Positions 19,301 to 27,647 of a stretch of DNA of 38,380 nt are shown one piece after another. The DNA is from Acidobacteriota bacterium (GTDB taxonomy: Bacteria; Acidobacteriota; UBA6911): contig JBEKKY010000001.1 of the NCBI GenBank assembly GCA_050010475.1, forward strand, positions 1 through 38,380. Direction: 5' to 3'. Each line of letters opens with the position of its first letter. Within the stretch, counting starts at the first letter, position 1. The position numbers and the translations under genes were made by a program. The notes beneath the pieces were generated by a model that was not told the origin of the DNA, did no database searches, and worked only from the letters and a program-made list of their open reading frames with translations.

Positions 19301-19490
19301 GGCAATTCCCGATAGTTTTCCACAGGCGGGAAGATCGGGATGGATATTCATGTTAAATGCTTTATTTGTAGGAAATAATAGGTCTCCATTCCACTGAGAT
19401 TTTCACAGGATATTCACATCGTCTCCAGCAGATAGGACAATGACCTTCCCCGGTTCCGGTTTCCCGTTTCCCGGTGGGGGAGGCAGAAGG

Positions 19491-19793
19491 CTACAAAGCC
19501 TCCAGGTGTTCCAGGAGCCTGGCTTTTGAAAAGCCAGTGATTTGGAGAACCTTATCTCTGGACTTAAGACCGGAGGTTATGCGAAGGATTGATTTGGGGA
19601 TTCCGAACAGAGCAGCGAAGAATTCGAGGATTGCTCGATTGGCAGAGTCATCCACCGGGGGCGCCGTCACTTTCAATTTCAGTGCCCCGGCGTAAATGCC
19701 CGAAATTTCAGAACGCTTTGCCCGCGGTTGCACGTGGAGTGGCACTTCCAGCCCGGCCTTCGTCTCACGAATTTGCAAACCCGCGCAGTTCAT
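19491..19793 (-). CDS. yggU: DUF167 (YggU) family protein
   Basis: VQPRAKRSEI, LKLKVTAPPVDDSAN, SGLKSRDK. The ATG overlaps the yggS stop (ATGA). Confidence 0.92.
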   Translation of the reverse strand: MNCAGLQIRETKAGLEVPLHVQPRAKRSEISGIYAGALKLKVTAPPVDDSANRAILEFFAALFGIPKSILRITSGLKSRDKVLQITGFSKARLLEHLEAL

Positions 19794-20485
19794 TGGCGCA
19801 ATCCAAAAATGGCAGTTCCGATGCGCACGATCGTCGCACCTTCCGGAATGGCTTGCTCGAAATCGTGGCTCATTCCCATCGAAAGGTGCTTCAAACCGAG
19901 GCATCCCGGCTGTTCCGATTCCAAACCGTCTCTGATTTCACGCAGCCTGGAAAAATAAGGACGCACCTTTTCGGCGTTCTCGAGGTAAGGCGGAATCGTC
20001 ATCAGTCCATTGAGCCGGAGCCCTCGCAAACCCGAAATCTGCTCGATCATTTCCCGGATTCGGGCGGGTTCCGCACCGTATTTTGTTTCCTCTCCCCCCA
20101 AATCTACCTGCAGGAGAACCGATAAGATTTTCCCGATATCAAGGCACTCCTGGCTGAGCTTGATTGCGAGCTTCTCGCTGTCCAGAGAGTGCACCACGGC
20201 GAAAAGCTCGGCGGCGCGCTTCGCTTTATTTGTCTGCAGATGGCCGACCAAATGCCATTCCAGCTCCGGGATTTCAGTAAGGTGAGGTATTTTACCCTCC
20301 GCCTCCTGAACGCGATTTTCACCGAATCGACGAAGCCCGGCCTTTGCAGCTTGAATGATGGATTCCTTCGGGAAGGTCTTACTGATGGCCAGAAGCGTAA
20401 TCTCGTCCGGCAAGCGCCCGCACTTCACGGCGGCGTTGGCAATCCGTTCCCTGATGGACTGAATGTTTTTATGGATTTGATCCAT
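19790..20485 (-). CDS. yggS: YggS family PLP homeostasis protein
   Basis: LLAISKT, FGENRVQE, WHLVGHLQTNK, GLMTIPP, LSMGMSHDF, VRIGTAIFG. Confidence 0.97.
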   Translation of the reverse strand: MDQIHKNIQSIRERIANAAVKCGRLPDEITLLAISKTFPKESIIQAAKAGLRRFGENRVQEAEGKIPHLTEIPELEWHLVGHLQTNKAKRAAELFAVVHSLDSEKLAIKLSQECLDIGKILSVLLQVDLGGEETKYGAEPARIREMIEQISGLRGLRLNGLMTIPPYLENAEKVRPYFSRLREIRDGLESEQPGCLGLKHLSMGMSHDFEQAIPEGATIVRIGTAIFGLRQ

Positions 20486-20505
20486 GAGCGAATTAGAGCA
20501 TAAAA

Positions 20506-20614
20506 AATTACGAATGACGAATGACGAATTGAAAAGATGCCTTTCTTGGGCGAATCCCGAAATTGTGAATCCCCAGAGAAGTATGTTTCATTTCGTCATT
20601 CGTCATTCGTAATT
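20506..20614. repeat. Inverted repeat of tandem heptamers (AATGACG)n ... (CGTCATT)n, 29-bp arms
   Basis: aattacg aatgacg aatgacg aattgaaa ... tttcattt cgtcatt cgtcatt cgtaatt (28/29 paired); near-identical arms at 33938-34047. Confidence 0.92.
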
Positions 20615-20684
20615 GTGAATTGAGTTAGCCGTCGTGCTTTGTTACTCTGGGATCTCAAAACAATCTGCTGAGACAGGGATCCCG

Positions 20685-21326
20685 GTGTTTATCACGTTTG
20701 AAGGTATTGAAGGTTCGGGCAAAAGCCTGCAGATAGCTCGTGCACGTGAATATCTCACGAATGGAAAAGGGATTGAATGTCTGGTTACGCGAGAACCGGG
20801 CGGGACCGATTTCGGGCTTGCACTTCGCAGCGTCCTGCTGGGTCTCCATGGATACCGGATGGAGCCGCGGTCCGAACTGCTGCTGTACCTTGCGGACCGA
20901 TATCAGCACCTGAAAGAGGTAATCGAGCCTGCGCTGGAACGAGGACTTGTGATCCTTTCGGATCGTTACCAGGACGCCACACGGGCATACCAGGGAACTG
21001 CCAGGGGAATCCCCGGGGTCGAGATCGAAGAACTAAATCGGCTCCTGGGAATCATTGAACCTGACAAAACGATCCTGCTGGATCTCGATCCCGAAGTCGG
21101 TCTCTCAAGAGCACGTTCACGCAATCTGGCTTCGGCCTCTGCTGCGCAAGAAGGAAGGTTTGAAGCGGAAGACCTGGAATTCCATAAAAAAGTCCGGGAA
21201 GCTTATCTGGAACTGGCTGCGCAAGCGCCGCACAGGATCCATTTAGTTCCTGCTTCGGGAACACCGGATGATGTTTTCGCTCGAATCTTCCCCTTACTCG
21301 ATCGATGGCTTGCATCCAACAAGTAA
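20685..21326 (+). CDS. tmk: Thymidylate (dTMP) kinase
   Basis: FITFEGIEGSGKS, TREPGGT, SDRY, AYQG, RFE, upstream of holB. Likely GTG start at 20685. Confidence 0.96.
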   Translation: MFITFEGIEGSGKSLQIARAREYLTNGKGIECLVTREPGGTDFGLALRSVLLGLHGYRMEPRSELLLYLADRYQHLKEVIEPALERGLVILSDRYQDATRAYQGTARGIPGVEIEELNRLLGIIEPDKTILLDLDPEVGLSRARSRNLASASAAQEGRFEAEDLEFHKKVREAYLELAAQAPHRIHLVPASGTPDDVFARIFPLLDRWLASNK

Positions 21327-21331
21327 AGCGA

Positions 21332-22405
21332 ATGAAATTCCCGACAGGTCTGAACAGTTTCATTGGAAATGCGCGCGCAATGGAAATTTTGAAACGGGCG
21401 ATCGGACAGGATCGTCTGCCGCATGCAATGATCTTTTCGGGTCCGGCTGGCATTGGGAAGTGCACGCTCGCGCTTCTGATCGCAAGATATCTGAACTGTC
21501 TCGCGCCAGGCGCGAATGACGCTTGCGGTGATTGTTCAGCCTGCAAAAGGATCATGGCTGTCATTGAAAGCCGATACCTGCAGTGTCAGAACTTGAAGGG
21601 AAGTTTTTGCGGCACGTGCCCGAGCTGTAAAGTCTGGACAATACGGCATCCGGATGTTCGGCTCATTGAGCCCGAAAAGACAACCATCAGTATCGATCAG
21701 ATCCGCGACATGATCGGAGAGATCTCTTTTCAGCCTCTCGAAGCCCGATATCGTGTGGTAATCCTCGATCCCGCAGAGCAAATGCGTCTTGAAGCGCACA
21801 ATAGCCTTCTCAAGACCCTTGAAGAGCCTCCGAGCCGGACCGTGATGATTCTGGTGACCACAAATCCGTATCTGTTGTTGGAAACCATTCGCTCTCGATC
21901 GCGCATGCTGCATTTCGGCGAAATCCCCCAGAGCCGGATTGAGCGGTACCTCATAGAGAAAGAAGGAAAGACGCGGGAGGAGGCTCGAATGGCCGCCGCG
22001 CTCAGCGGGGGAAGCCTTGCTGCTGCCCTCAGCTTCGACACAAACCGGTACCGCGATATTCGCAAACAGGCGCTTGAATTTGTCCGGCTGCTCTTAAAAA
22101 GAGGTGAGTTTTCGGAAGCCAGCACTATCGCCGTGCAGGTAAGCAAAGATAAGGAATTTTTTCAGTCATGGCTTGAATCGGTGAAATCGCTGCTCCAGGA
22201 CGTGTATTACGCCGGGCGGGCTACGGAACGCATCGGACAGCGTGACCTGCTTGAGGAGTTGGAAATGTTGGCGCAGACTGTCTCTCGCTTCCGTCTGGTC
22301 CAAACAATCAATGATGTCAGCAAATTGGCTCGCGATCTTCAGTTCAACGTAAATCGGCAGATCGCTCTTGAAGCCATGTTTGTGGCGCTATCGCAAAATA
22401 CATAA
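21332..22405 (+). CDS. holB: DNA polymerase III delta prime subunit
   Basis: PHAMIFSGPAGIGK, CGxCxxC, HPD, ISIDQIR, NSLLKTLEEPP, TIRSR; tmk-holB synteny. Confidence 0.93.
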   Translation: MKFPTGLNSFIGNARAMEILKRAIGQDRLPHAMIFSGPAGIGKCTLALLIARYLNCLAPGANDACGDCSACKRIMAVIESRYLQCQNLKGSFCGTCPSCKVWTIRHPDVRLIEPEKTTISIDQIRDMIGEISFQPLEARYRVVILDPAEQMRLEAHNSLLKTLEEPPSRTVMILVTTNPYLLLETIRSRSRMLHFGEIPQSRIERYLIEKEGKTREEARMAAALSGGSLAAALSFDTNRYRDIRKQALEFVRLLLKRGEFSEASTIAVQVSKDKEFFQSWLESVKSLLQDVYYAGRATERIGQRDLLEELEMLAQTVSRFRLVQTINDVSKLARDLQFNVNRQIALEAMFVALSQNT

Positions 22406-22485
22406 AAACGCCACGGATTCCACAGATTTCACCGATTTTATCGCCACTTTAAATCCGTGAAATCTGTGGAATCCGTGGCGTTTTT
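22404..22485. repeat. 35-bp inverted repeat with 9-10 bp periodic arms; bidirectional terminator shape
   Basis: aaaaacgccacggattccacagatttcaccgattt ... aaatccgtgaaatctgtggaatccgtggcgttttt (1 mismatch); fills the gap between two convergent stop codons. Confidence 0.95.
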
Positions 22486-22952
22486 TATTTTTTTTCGAGC
22501 TTGGCGAGCCGCGCGAGAAACTCAGCGGTTTTTGGCGAATTCGGGTTCTTCCCAATAAACTGCTTGTAGGCGGCGATCGCTTTATCCGGCTGATCGTTCT
22601 TCTCGTAAGCCCGCGTGAGAGCATCATACGCACGGATTGAGTCCGGCTGATATGCTATTGCTTCCAGATATCTGCTAATGGCTGCGGCATAGTTCTTCTG
22701 TTTGTAATAAAAGTTGCCGATGTTAAGGTTTTGCTCTGACAGAATCGGATCTGGCTCTTTGGGCGTCGAAGCGTCCGTAGTTTCTTTGCCTTCTGCCGTA
22801 TCGGTGTCCCGGATGAGCGGCGGGGGCGTTCGGGATGCGGATTGGGCGACAACCGGCTGAATTGTCAGGAGGAAAGAACCGAAAAACAGCAACAGAATTT
22901 GAAAAAGTTGAACAACTGTGCAAATTCGAGAACAGTTTCTTTGTAAGTCCAT
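22485..22952 (-). CDS. Exported tetratricopeptide repeat protein
   Basis: Hydrophobic signal segment, then TPRs (IGNFYYKQKNYAAAISRY, AIAAYKQFI..NP). Confidence 0.85.
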   Translation of the reverse strand: MDLQRNCSRICTVVQLFQILLLFFGSFLLTIQPVVAQSASRTPPPLIRDTDTAEGKETTDASTPKEPDPILSEQNLNIGNFYYKQKNYAAAISRYLEAIAYQPDSIRAYDALTRAYEKNDQPDKAIAAYKQFIGKNPNSPKTAEFLARLAKLEKK

Positions 22953-22961
22953 TGTACGTTA

Positions 22962-22990
22962 AATTTAGCGAAATATTTTTCCCTTGTCAA
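22962..22990 (-). promoter_or_regulatory. Sigma70 promoter candidate for the TPR gene (near-leaderless)
   Basis: TTGACA (22990-22985) - N17 - TAAATT (22967-22962); the ATG follows 9 nt later. Confidence 0.55.
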
Positions 22991-23123
22991 AGGCGGATTC
23001 AAAGACTACAATTTATTTTAATTACCGGCTTTTCGATCGCACGATTTCGTACTTTAAAGAAAATGTATCGCTCGCGGAAGATGGCTATCGCCCTATTTTT
23101 GTAATCTCCCGTGGAGGAGTTGA

Positions 23124-23450
23124 ATGGTGAACCGGAAACTGATTCGTCCGAGCTTGTCTGAAATCAAGGACCAGATGCCCCGCTATGGACCGTTGCCCCG
23201 GAAGCGCGTACCGCCTGAAGTAACCAATGCGGAGAATTACTACTACATCAAGCAGATGGCTGCAAAGACTCCGATGATTGTCAAACTTACGGATGGCGAG
23301 GAGATTCGAGGAGTCATCGAGTGGTACGATAAGAACTGCATCAAGGTGCATCGGAGTGACGGACCCAACCTTCTCATCCTGAAGCATGTGATCAAGTACA
23401 TGTATAAGCAGAACGAAGATCAAGAACCTGATGAGGTGGATTTGGAATAG
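23124..23450 (+). CDS. Hfq-like Sm-fold RNA chaperone
   Basis: Sm1-like [17 protein letters not shown], Sm2-like [10 protein letters not shown] (cf. YKHAI), acidic tail; strong GGAGGAG RBS. Confidence 0.8.
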   Translation: MVNRKLIRPSLSEIKDQMPRYGPLPRKRVPPEVTNAENYYYIKQMAAKTPMIVKLTDGEEIRGVIEWYDKNCIKVHRSDGPNLLILKHVIKYMYKQNEDQEPDEVDLE

Positions 23451-23474
23451 CGAGTTCATAAGGCGGGACGCCCG

Positions 23475-24560
23475 GTGGCTGCAAATGCCGATCCCATACA
23501 GACCTTATGGCAGGCGGTGCTGCTCTTGCCAGAATCTCAATCCGTACTTCCTCAGCTCGGTATCACAACAGGAGATCCGGCTGGCATAGGCCCTGAGATA
23601 TCGCTGCGTGCTGCGCGCGAACGATCTTTGGCCGGCGTGTGCCGCCTCATACTGTTTGGAAGTTGGGAACTTCTGCGGGCGAGATCTGCAGATATCGGAC
23701 TGCCCTTTGAATTCGAAAAAATCCCGATCGATTCCCTTTCGGACCGAAGCCGGCAAATTCCCGACCGATGCATTATCGATATTCCTGCGGGAAAAATTGA
23801 GGCGGGAATTGGATCAAAGGCAAGCGGTGAGGCCGCTGCGCGGAACATCATCGAATGCGCTTCCGCGTGCCGGAGAGGGCTGCTTGATGCCATAGTGACG
23901 GCTCCCCTGAACAAAAAATATTTCCAGGAAGCAGGATATTCCTTTCCCGGTCACACTGAATTCCTGGCTCACCTCGCCGGCGTTTCGGATTTTGCAATGG
24001 CTTTCTTAACCGAGCGTCTTAAGGTCGTGTTGGCCACGATACACGTTTCGTTGCGGGACGCCATAGAGTCGATCACGCCGGAGCTGGTTTACTGCAAGTT
24101 GCGGATCATCCTGACGGAATTCCGGCGCCTCGGATTGCCTTGCCGCAAAGTGGCGGTTGCCGGACTCAATCCTCATGCCGGAGAGTCGGGGATCATGGGC
24201 ACTGAAGAGATGGAACGGATCGCGCCTGCGGTCCGCAAAGCCCAGAGCCTCTTCACCGATTCAATGATCGATGGACCTCTCCCGGCGGACACGCTGTTCT
24301 GGCGGGCCTATAACGGCGAGTTTGATGTTGTGCTGGCCATGTATCACGATCAAGGTCTGGCGCCGATTAAACTGGTGGGATTTGGCGAAGCGGCAAACGT
24401 GACCTTGGGCCTTCCTTTTGTCCGCGCCTCTGTAGACCACGGGACTGCATATGATATTGCGGGAAAAGGAGTCGCGCGTCACGACAGCATGAACGCGGCA
24501 ATTCGGTGGGCCCTGCGGCTGATAACCGTTCCCCGTTCCCCGTTCCCCGTTTCCCGTTGA
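23475..24560 (+). CDS. pdxA: 4-hydroxythreonine-4-phosphate dehydrogenase PdxA family
   Basis: GDPAGIGPE, TAPLNK, GHTE, GLNPHAGE, PADT, MYHDQGL, SVDHGTAYDIAG. The true start may be TTG 23526. Confidence 0.93.
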   Translation: MAANADPIQTLWQAVLLLPESQSVLPQLGITTGDPAGIGPEISLRAARERSLAGVCRLILFGSWELLRARSADIGLPFEFEKIPIDSLSDRSRQIPDRCIIDIPAGKIEAGIGSKASGEAAARNIIECASACRRGLLDAIVTAPLNKKYFQEAGYSFPGHTEFLAHLAGVSDFAMAFLTERLKVVLATIHVSLRDAIESITPELVYCKLRIILTEFRRLGLPCRKVAVAGLNPHAGESGIMGTEEMERIAPAVRKAQSLFTDSMIDGPLPADTLFWRAYNGEFDVVLAMYHDQGLAPIKLVGFGEAANVTLGLPFVRASVDHGTAYDIAGKGVARHDSMNAAIRWALRLITVPRSPFPVSR

Positions 24561-24677
24561 AAACCAAGAATTGGCTAAGCGCATGCCGGATGGAATCCGC
24601 TCCGTGCGCTGCTCCTCTGTTACCGCGCGGCAGTGCCGAAAATTTAATCCGCTATTTCTAACGGGGAACGGGGAACG
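24527..24677. repeat. Inverted repeat of tandem heptamers (CGTTCCC)n ... (AACGGGG)n; left arm overlaps the pdxA 3' end
   Basis: cgttccc x3 cgtttcc cgttgaaaa ... tttctaacgggg aacgggg aacg. Confidence 0.85.
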
Positions 24678-24680
24678 TAT

Positions 24681-26159
24681 TTATTCCAATAGCTGAACGA
24701 GCGTCCTGACTCCAAAGCCGGTTGCCCCTTTACAGGCGAAGGTCCAACCGTCGTACTCGAGGTCAACGCCCGCAATGTCGAGATGAACCCAGGGCGTATC
24801 TTCCACGAATTCCTCCAGGAACTTTCCGGCGGTGACTGCGCCACCCCAGCGGTCGCCGACATTCTTGATATCGGCAATTTCGCTTCTGATTGCCTTGCGG
24901 TACTCTTCGTCCAGGGGAAGCTGCCAGAGTCCTTCTCCGGTAATCCTGCAATTGCTGCGCAGCCGGTCGATCATCTTCTGGTCAGTGCCCATCATCCCTG
25001 CATTTGCATGGCCCAGTGCAATAGTGCACGCCATGGTCAAGGTTGCGATGTCGATAATGTGGGTCGCTCCGAGAGTTCGCGCGTATGCCAGAGCGTCTGC
25101 CAATATCAATCGTCCTTCCGCATCCGTGTTTACGATCTCCACCGTTTTTCCGAGATACGATTTGACCACATCTCCTGGTTTGGTGGCCCTTCCGCTGGGC
25201 AGGTTTTCGACTGCAGGGATCAAGCCGATCACAGGATGTTTGGGCCGCAGCTGCGCCAGCGCGACCATGGCCCCGAGCACGGCTGCACCCCCGGACATAT
25301 CCGCCTTCATCTCCTCCATTTTGTCCGAAGGCTTGATGGATATTCCCCCGCTATCGAAGGTCACACCTTTTCCTACAAAAGCGTAAAGCGGCCCCCGCTT
25401 TTTTCCCTGGTCCTTGTGGGTCTGAAGAATGATAAGTTTGGGAGGTTCCTCGCTGCCGCGGCTGACGGCGAGCAACGTGTTCATCCCGAGCTTTTCCATT
25501 TCTTCCCGTTCCATCACCCGCGCGATCAGGCCGGTTTGTGATGCAACGGTCAGGGCTCGAGCCGCAAACTGGGAAGGAGTCAGAATGTTTGAGGGCTCGT
25601 TCGCCAGAGTGCGGGCAAAGTTCGTGGCGTCGCCGACAATCGTTCCGCGGCGGATTCCCTCCCGCACTTCTGCCTGAGCCACCTTGCGTCCGAAAAGGAG
25701 AAGAAAAGTTTCTATCTCTCTTTCTTCCTTGTTGCGCGTCTTATAAATGTCGGATTCGTAGTTGGCATACAGAGCTCCTTCCGCCGCCAGGCGAGAGGCA
25801 AGGCCGGCCGGGTGATCGCCGCGGAACAGAAATCCGATGGTCTTGACTGCACTCGGTTTTGCGCTCCGCACGGCGGCGCCGGCTACCTGCCGGAGCCTTG
25901 CCGGGTTGAACTGCGATTTCTTCCCGGCTCCCACCAACAACAGATGCCGAGCTTTCAGACCTGCAGGCTTGAAAATATTACATGTTTTGCAAAACTCCGG
26001 TTTGAACTCTCCGGAAGAAAGAACCGCGTTCACGGCCCCGCGAGTAATCCTGTTTAAAAGGTCCAATGAGGCGTCGCGTGTCTCCCCTTCAAAAACCGGA
26101 TATGCCAGCAAATCACAGGCAATCTCTTTATAATCCCCAAGTCGATGCTCAATCTGCAT
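24681..26159 (-). CDS. pepA: Leucyl aminopeptidase (M17)
   Basis: VGKGVTFDSGGISIK, MKADM, NTDAEGRL, HLDIAG; GGAGG RBS before ATG 26159. Confidence 0.95.
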   Translation of the reverse strand: MQIEHRLGDYKEIACDLLAYPVFEGETRDASLDLLNRITRGAVNAVLSSGEFKPEFCKTCNIFKPAGLKARHLLLVGAGKKSQFNPARLRQVAGAAVRSAKPSAVKTIGFLFRGDHPAGLASRLAAEGALYANYESDIYKTRNKEEREIETFLLLFGRKVAQAEVREGIRRGTIVGDATNFARTLANEPSNILTPSQFAARALTVASQTGLIARVMEREEMEKLGMNTLLAVSRGSEEPPKLIILQTHKDQGKKRGPLYAFVGKGVTFDSGGISIKPSDKMEEMKADMSGGAAVLGAMVALAQLRPKHPVIGLIPAVENLPSGRATKPGDVVKSYLGKTVEIVNTDAEGRLILADALAYARTLGATHIIDIATLTMACTIALGHANAGMMGTDQKMIDRLRSNCRITGEGLWQLPLDEEYRKAIRSEIADIKNVGDRWGGAVTAGKFLEEFVEDTPWVHLDIAGVDLEYDGWTFACKGATGFGVRTLVQLLE

Positions 26160-26201
26160 TAAAGCCTCCGGCAAAAGGTGTTGAGTGCGTCTCCGCAGGT
26201 A

Positions 26202-26669
26202 TTATCGTCGATGTTTCATCGCCGATTTTGCTTCTCGATCCGCCTCTTTGCGTCGCTCGGTTTCACGCTTGTCGATCAACTTCTTGCCCCGCGCCACCCC
26301 GATCTCCACTTTCACTTTTCCCCGCTTAAGATACACACGCAACGGGACGAGAGTCAGTCCCTTTTCCTGCGTTTTCCCGATCAGTTTTCGGATTTCGTTC
26401 TCGTGCAACAGAAGCTTTCTGGATCGAGTCGGATCATGGTTTTCCCTGTTCCCATGGGAATACGGGCTGATATGGCAGTTGAATAGAAATGCTTCTCCCG
26501 CCTGGATCATGGCATAGCTGTCCGTCAAATTCAGTCTGCCTTCGCGAATCGCTTTGACCTCGGTGCCAAGCAGGGATATGCCGGCTTCGAGCTTTTCCAG
26601 AATAAAGTAGTTGTGGAAAGCTTTCCGGTTTGCGGCAACCAGTTTTTCTCCCGCTTGCTTCTCAGCCAT
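26202..26669 (-). CDS. smpB: SsrA-binding protein
   Basis: NRKAFHNY, EAGISLLGTEVK, NHDPTRSRKLLLH, ARGKK..DKR. Confidence 0.98.
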   Translation of the reverse strand: MAEKQAGEKLVAANRKAFHNYFILEKLEAGISLLGTEVKAIREGRLNLTDSYAMIQAGEAFLFNCHISPYSHGNRENHDPTRSRKLLLHENEIRKLIGKTQEKGLTLVPLRVYLKRGKVKVEIGVARGKKLIDKRETERRKEADREAKSAMKHRR

Positions 26670-26705
26670 AAGATGCTCACGCGTAAGAGTAAGAATTATA
26701 CATAG

Positions 26706-26732
26706 GAATTCAGGAGTCAGAAGTCAGAATTC
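26706..26732. repeat. Tandem heptamer (AGTCAGR)n, single arm
   Basis: gaattcag gagtcag aagtcag aattc. Confidence 0.65.
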
Positions 26733-26734
26733 AT

Positions 26735-26785
26735 ACCACGAAATACACGAAAGGCCTCTTTTGTGTATTTCGTGTGTTTCGTGGT
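26735..26785. repeat. Inverted repeat with 9-bp periodic arms, abutting the rfbD stop
   Basis: accacgaaatacacgaaa ... tttgtgtatttcgtgtgtttcgtggt; same family as 1255-1323. Confidence 0.88.
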
Positions 26786-27633
26786 TAAGCTTTTCTGAAT
26801 TCTATTGCGATGTATTCCCGGGCGGCGGCCTGCCAGGGTCTCATTAGAGGGAATCCCTCACGCTCCAGGCGCGCATTGGCGAGAACTGAGTTTGCCGGAC
26901 GCGGCGCCGGCCTCTTGAATTCTGAAGTGGTAACCGGTGTAATCGGAATGTTTCTCATCCCGGCCCATTCCAGCGCTCTGGCCGCGAGCTCAAACCACGT
27001 GCAGGATCCGCTGTTCGTCAGGTGATATGTCGACCGGCAACCGCTCCCGATCATGTTCAGCGTGTACGAGGCGAGATCCTTTGAATAGGTCGGGCTTCCT
27101 TTCTGGTCGTTCACGACGCGTAATGGTGTGCCCTTTTGAGCGGCGCTCAGAATCGTACGGATGAAGTTCACACCGGGCCCGAACAACCATGACGTGCGCA
27201 GTATCAAGTGATTTGGGCAGTGGCGGCGAACCAAATCCTCCCCCGCGAGCTTTGATTTTCCATAGACACTTTGCGGATTGGGCTCATCCTCTTCCAGGTA
27301 GGCTTCTTTCTTCCGACCGTCAAATACGTAATCAGTGCTGTAATGGACGATCGAAGCGCCGAATTCTGCGGCTGCCTTCGAGAGGTTTCCCGCGCCATCT
27401 CCATTAACCAGAAAAGCCTCCTTTGAGTGCGTCTCGCAAGCATCCACGCGCGTGAAGGCTGCGGCATTAATGATCACCTCCGGCCGGTGGACTTTCGTCA
27501 CGGCAAGGCATTGTTCAGGATTGGTGATGTCGAGTTCCTTCAGATCGACTCCCACAACATCATGGCTGGAACGAAAAACCTGCACCAGATCCGTCCCCAG
27601 CATTCCGTTGCATCCTGCAATAAGGACTTTCAT
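26785..27633 (-). CDS. rfbD: dTDP-4-dehydrorhamnose reductase
   Basis: GCNGMLG, NAAAFTRVDACE, STDYVFDG, YGKSK, LRTSW, DQKGSPT, PAPRP. Confidence 0.96.
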   Translation of the reverse strand: MKVLIAGCNGMLGTDLVQVFRSSHDVVGVDLKELDITNPEQCLAVTKVHRPEVIINAAAFTRVDACETHSKEAFLVNGDGAGNLSKAAAEFGASIVHYSTDYVFDGRKKEAYLEEDEPNPQSVYGKSKLAGEDLVRRHCPNHLILRTSWLFGPGVNFIRTILSAAQKGTPLRVVNDQKGSPTYSKDLASYTLNMIGSGCRSTYHLTNSGSCTWFELAARALEWAGMRNIPITPVTTSEFKRPAPRPANSVLANARLEREGFPLMRPWQAAAREYIAIEFRKA

Positions 27634-27647
27634 AGTGCTGAAAATGC

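Noticed and set aside
26670-26785. tmRNA (ssrA) next to smpB
   Set aside because: The gap is too short and has no tRNA-like ends. I also saw no tmRNA, RNase P or SRP signatures in the 12.2-13.1 kb gap.
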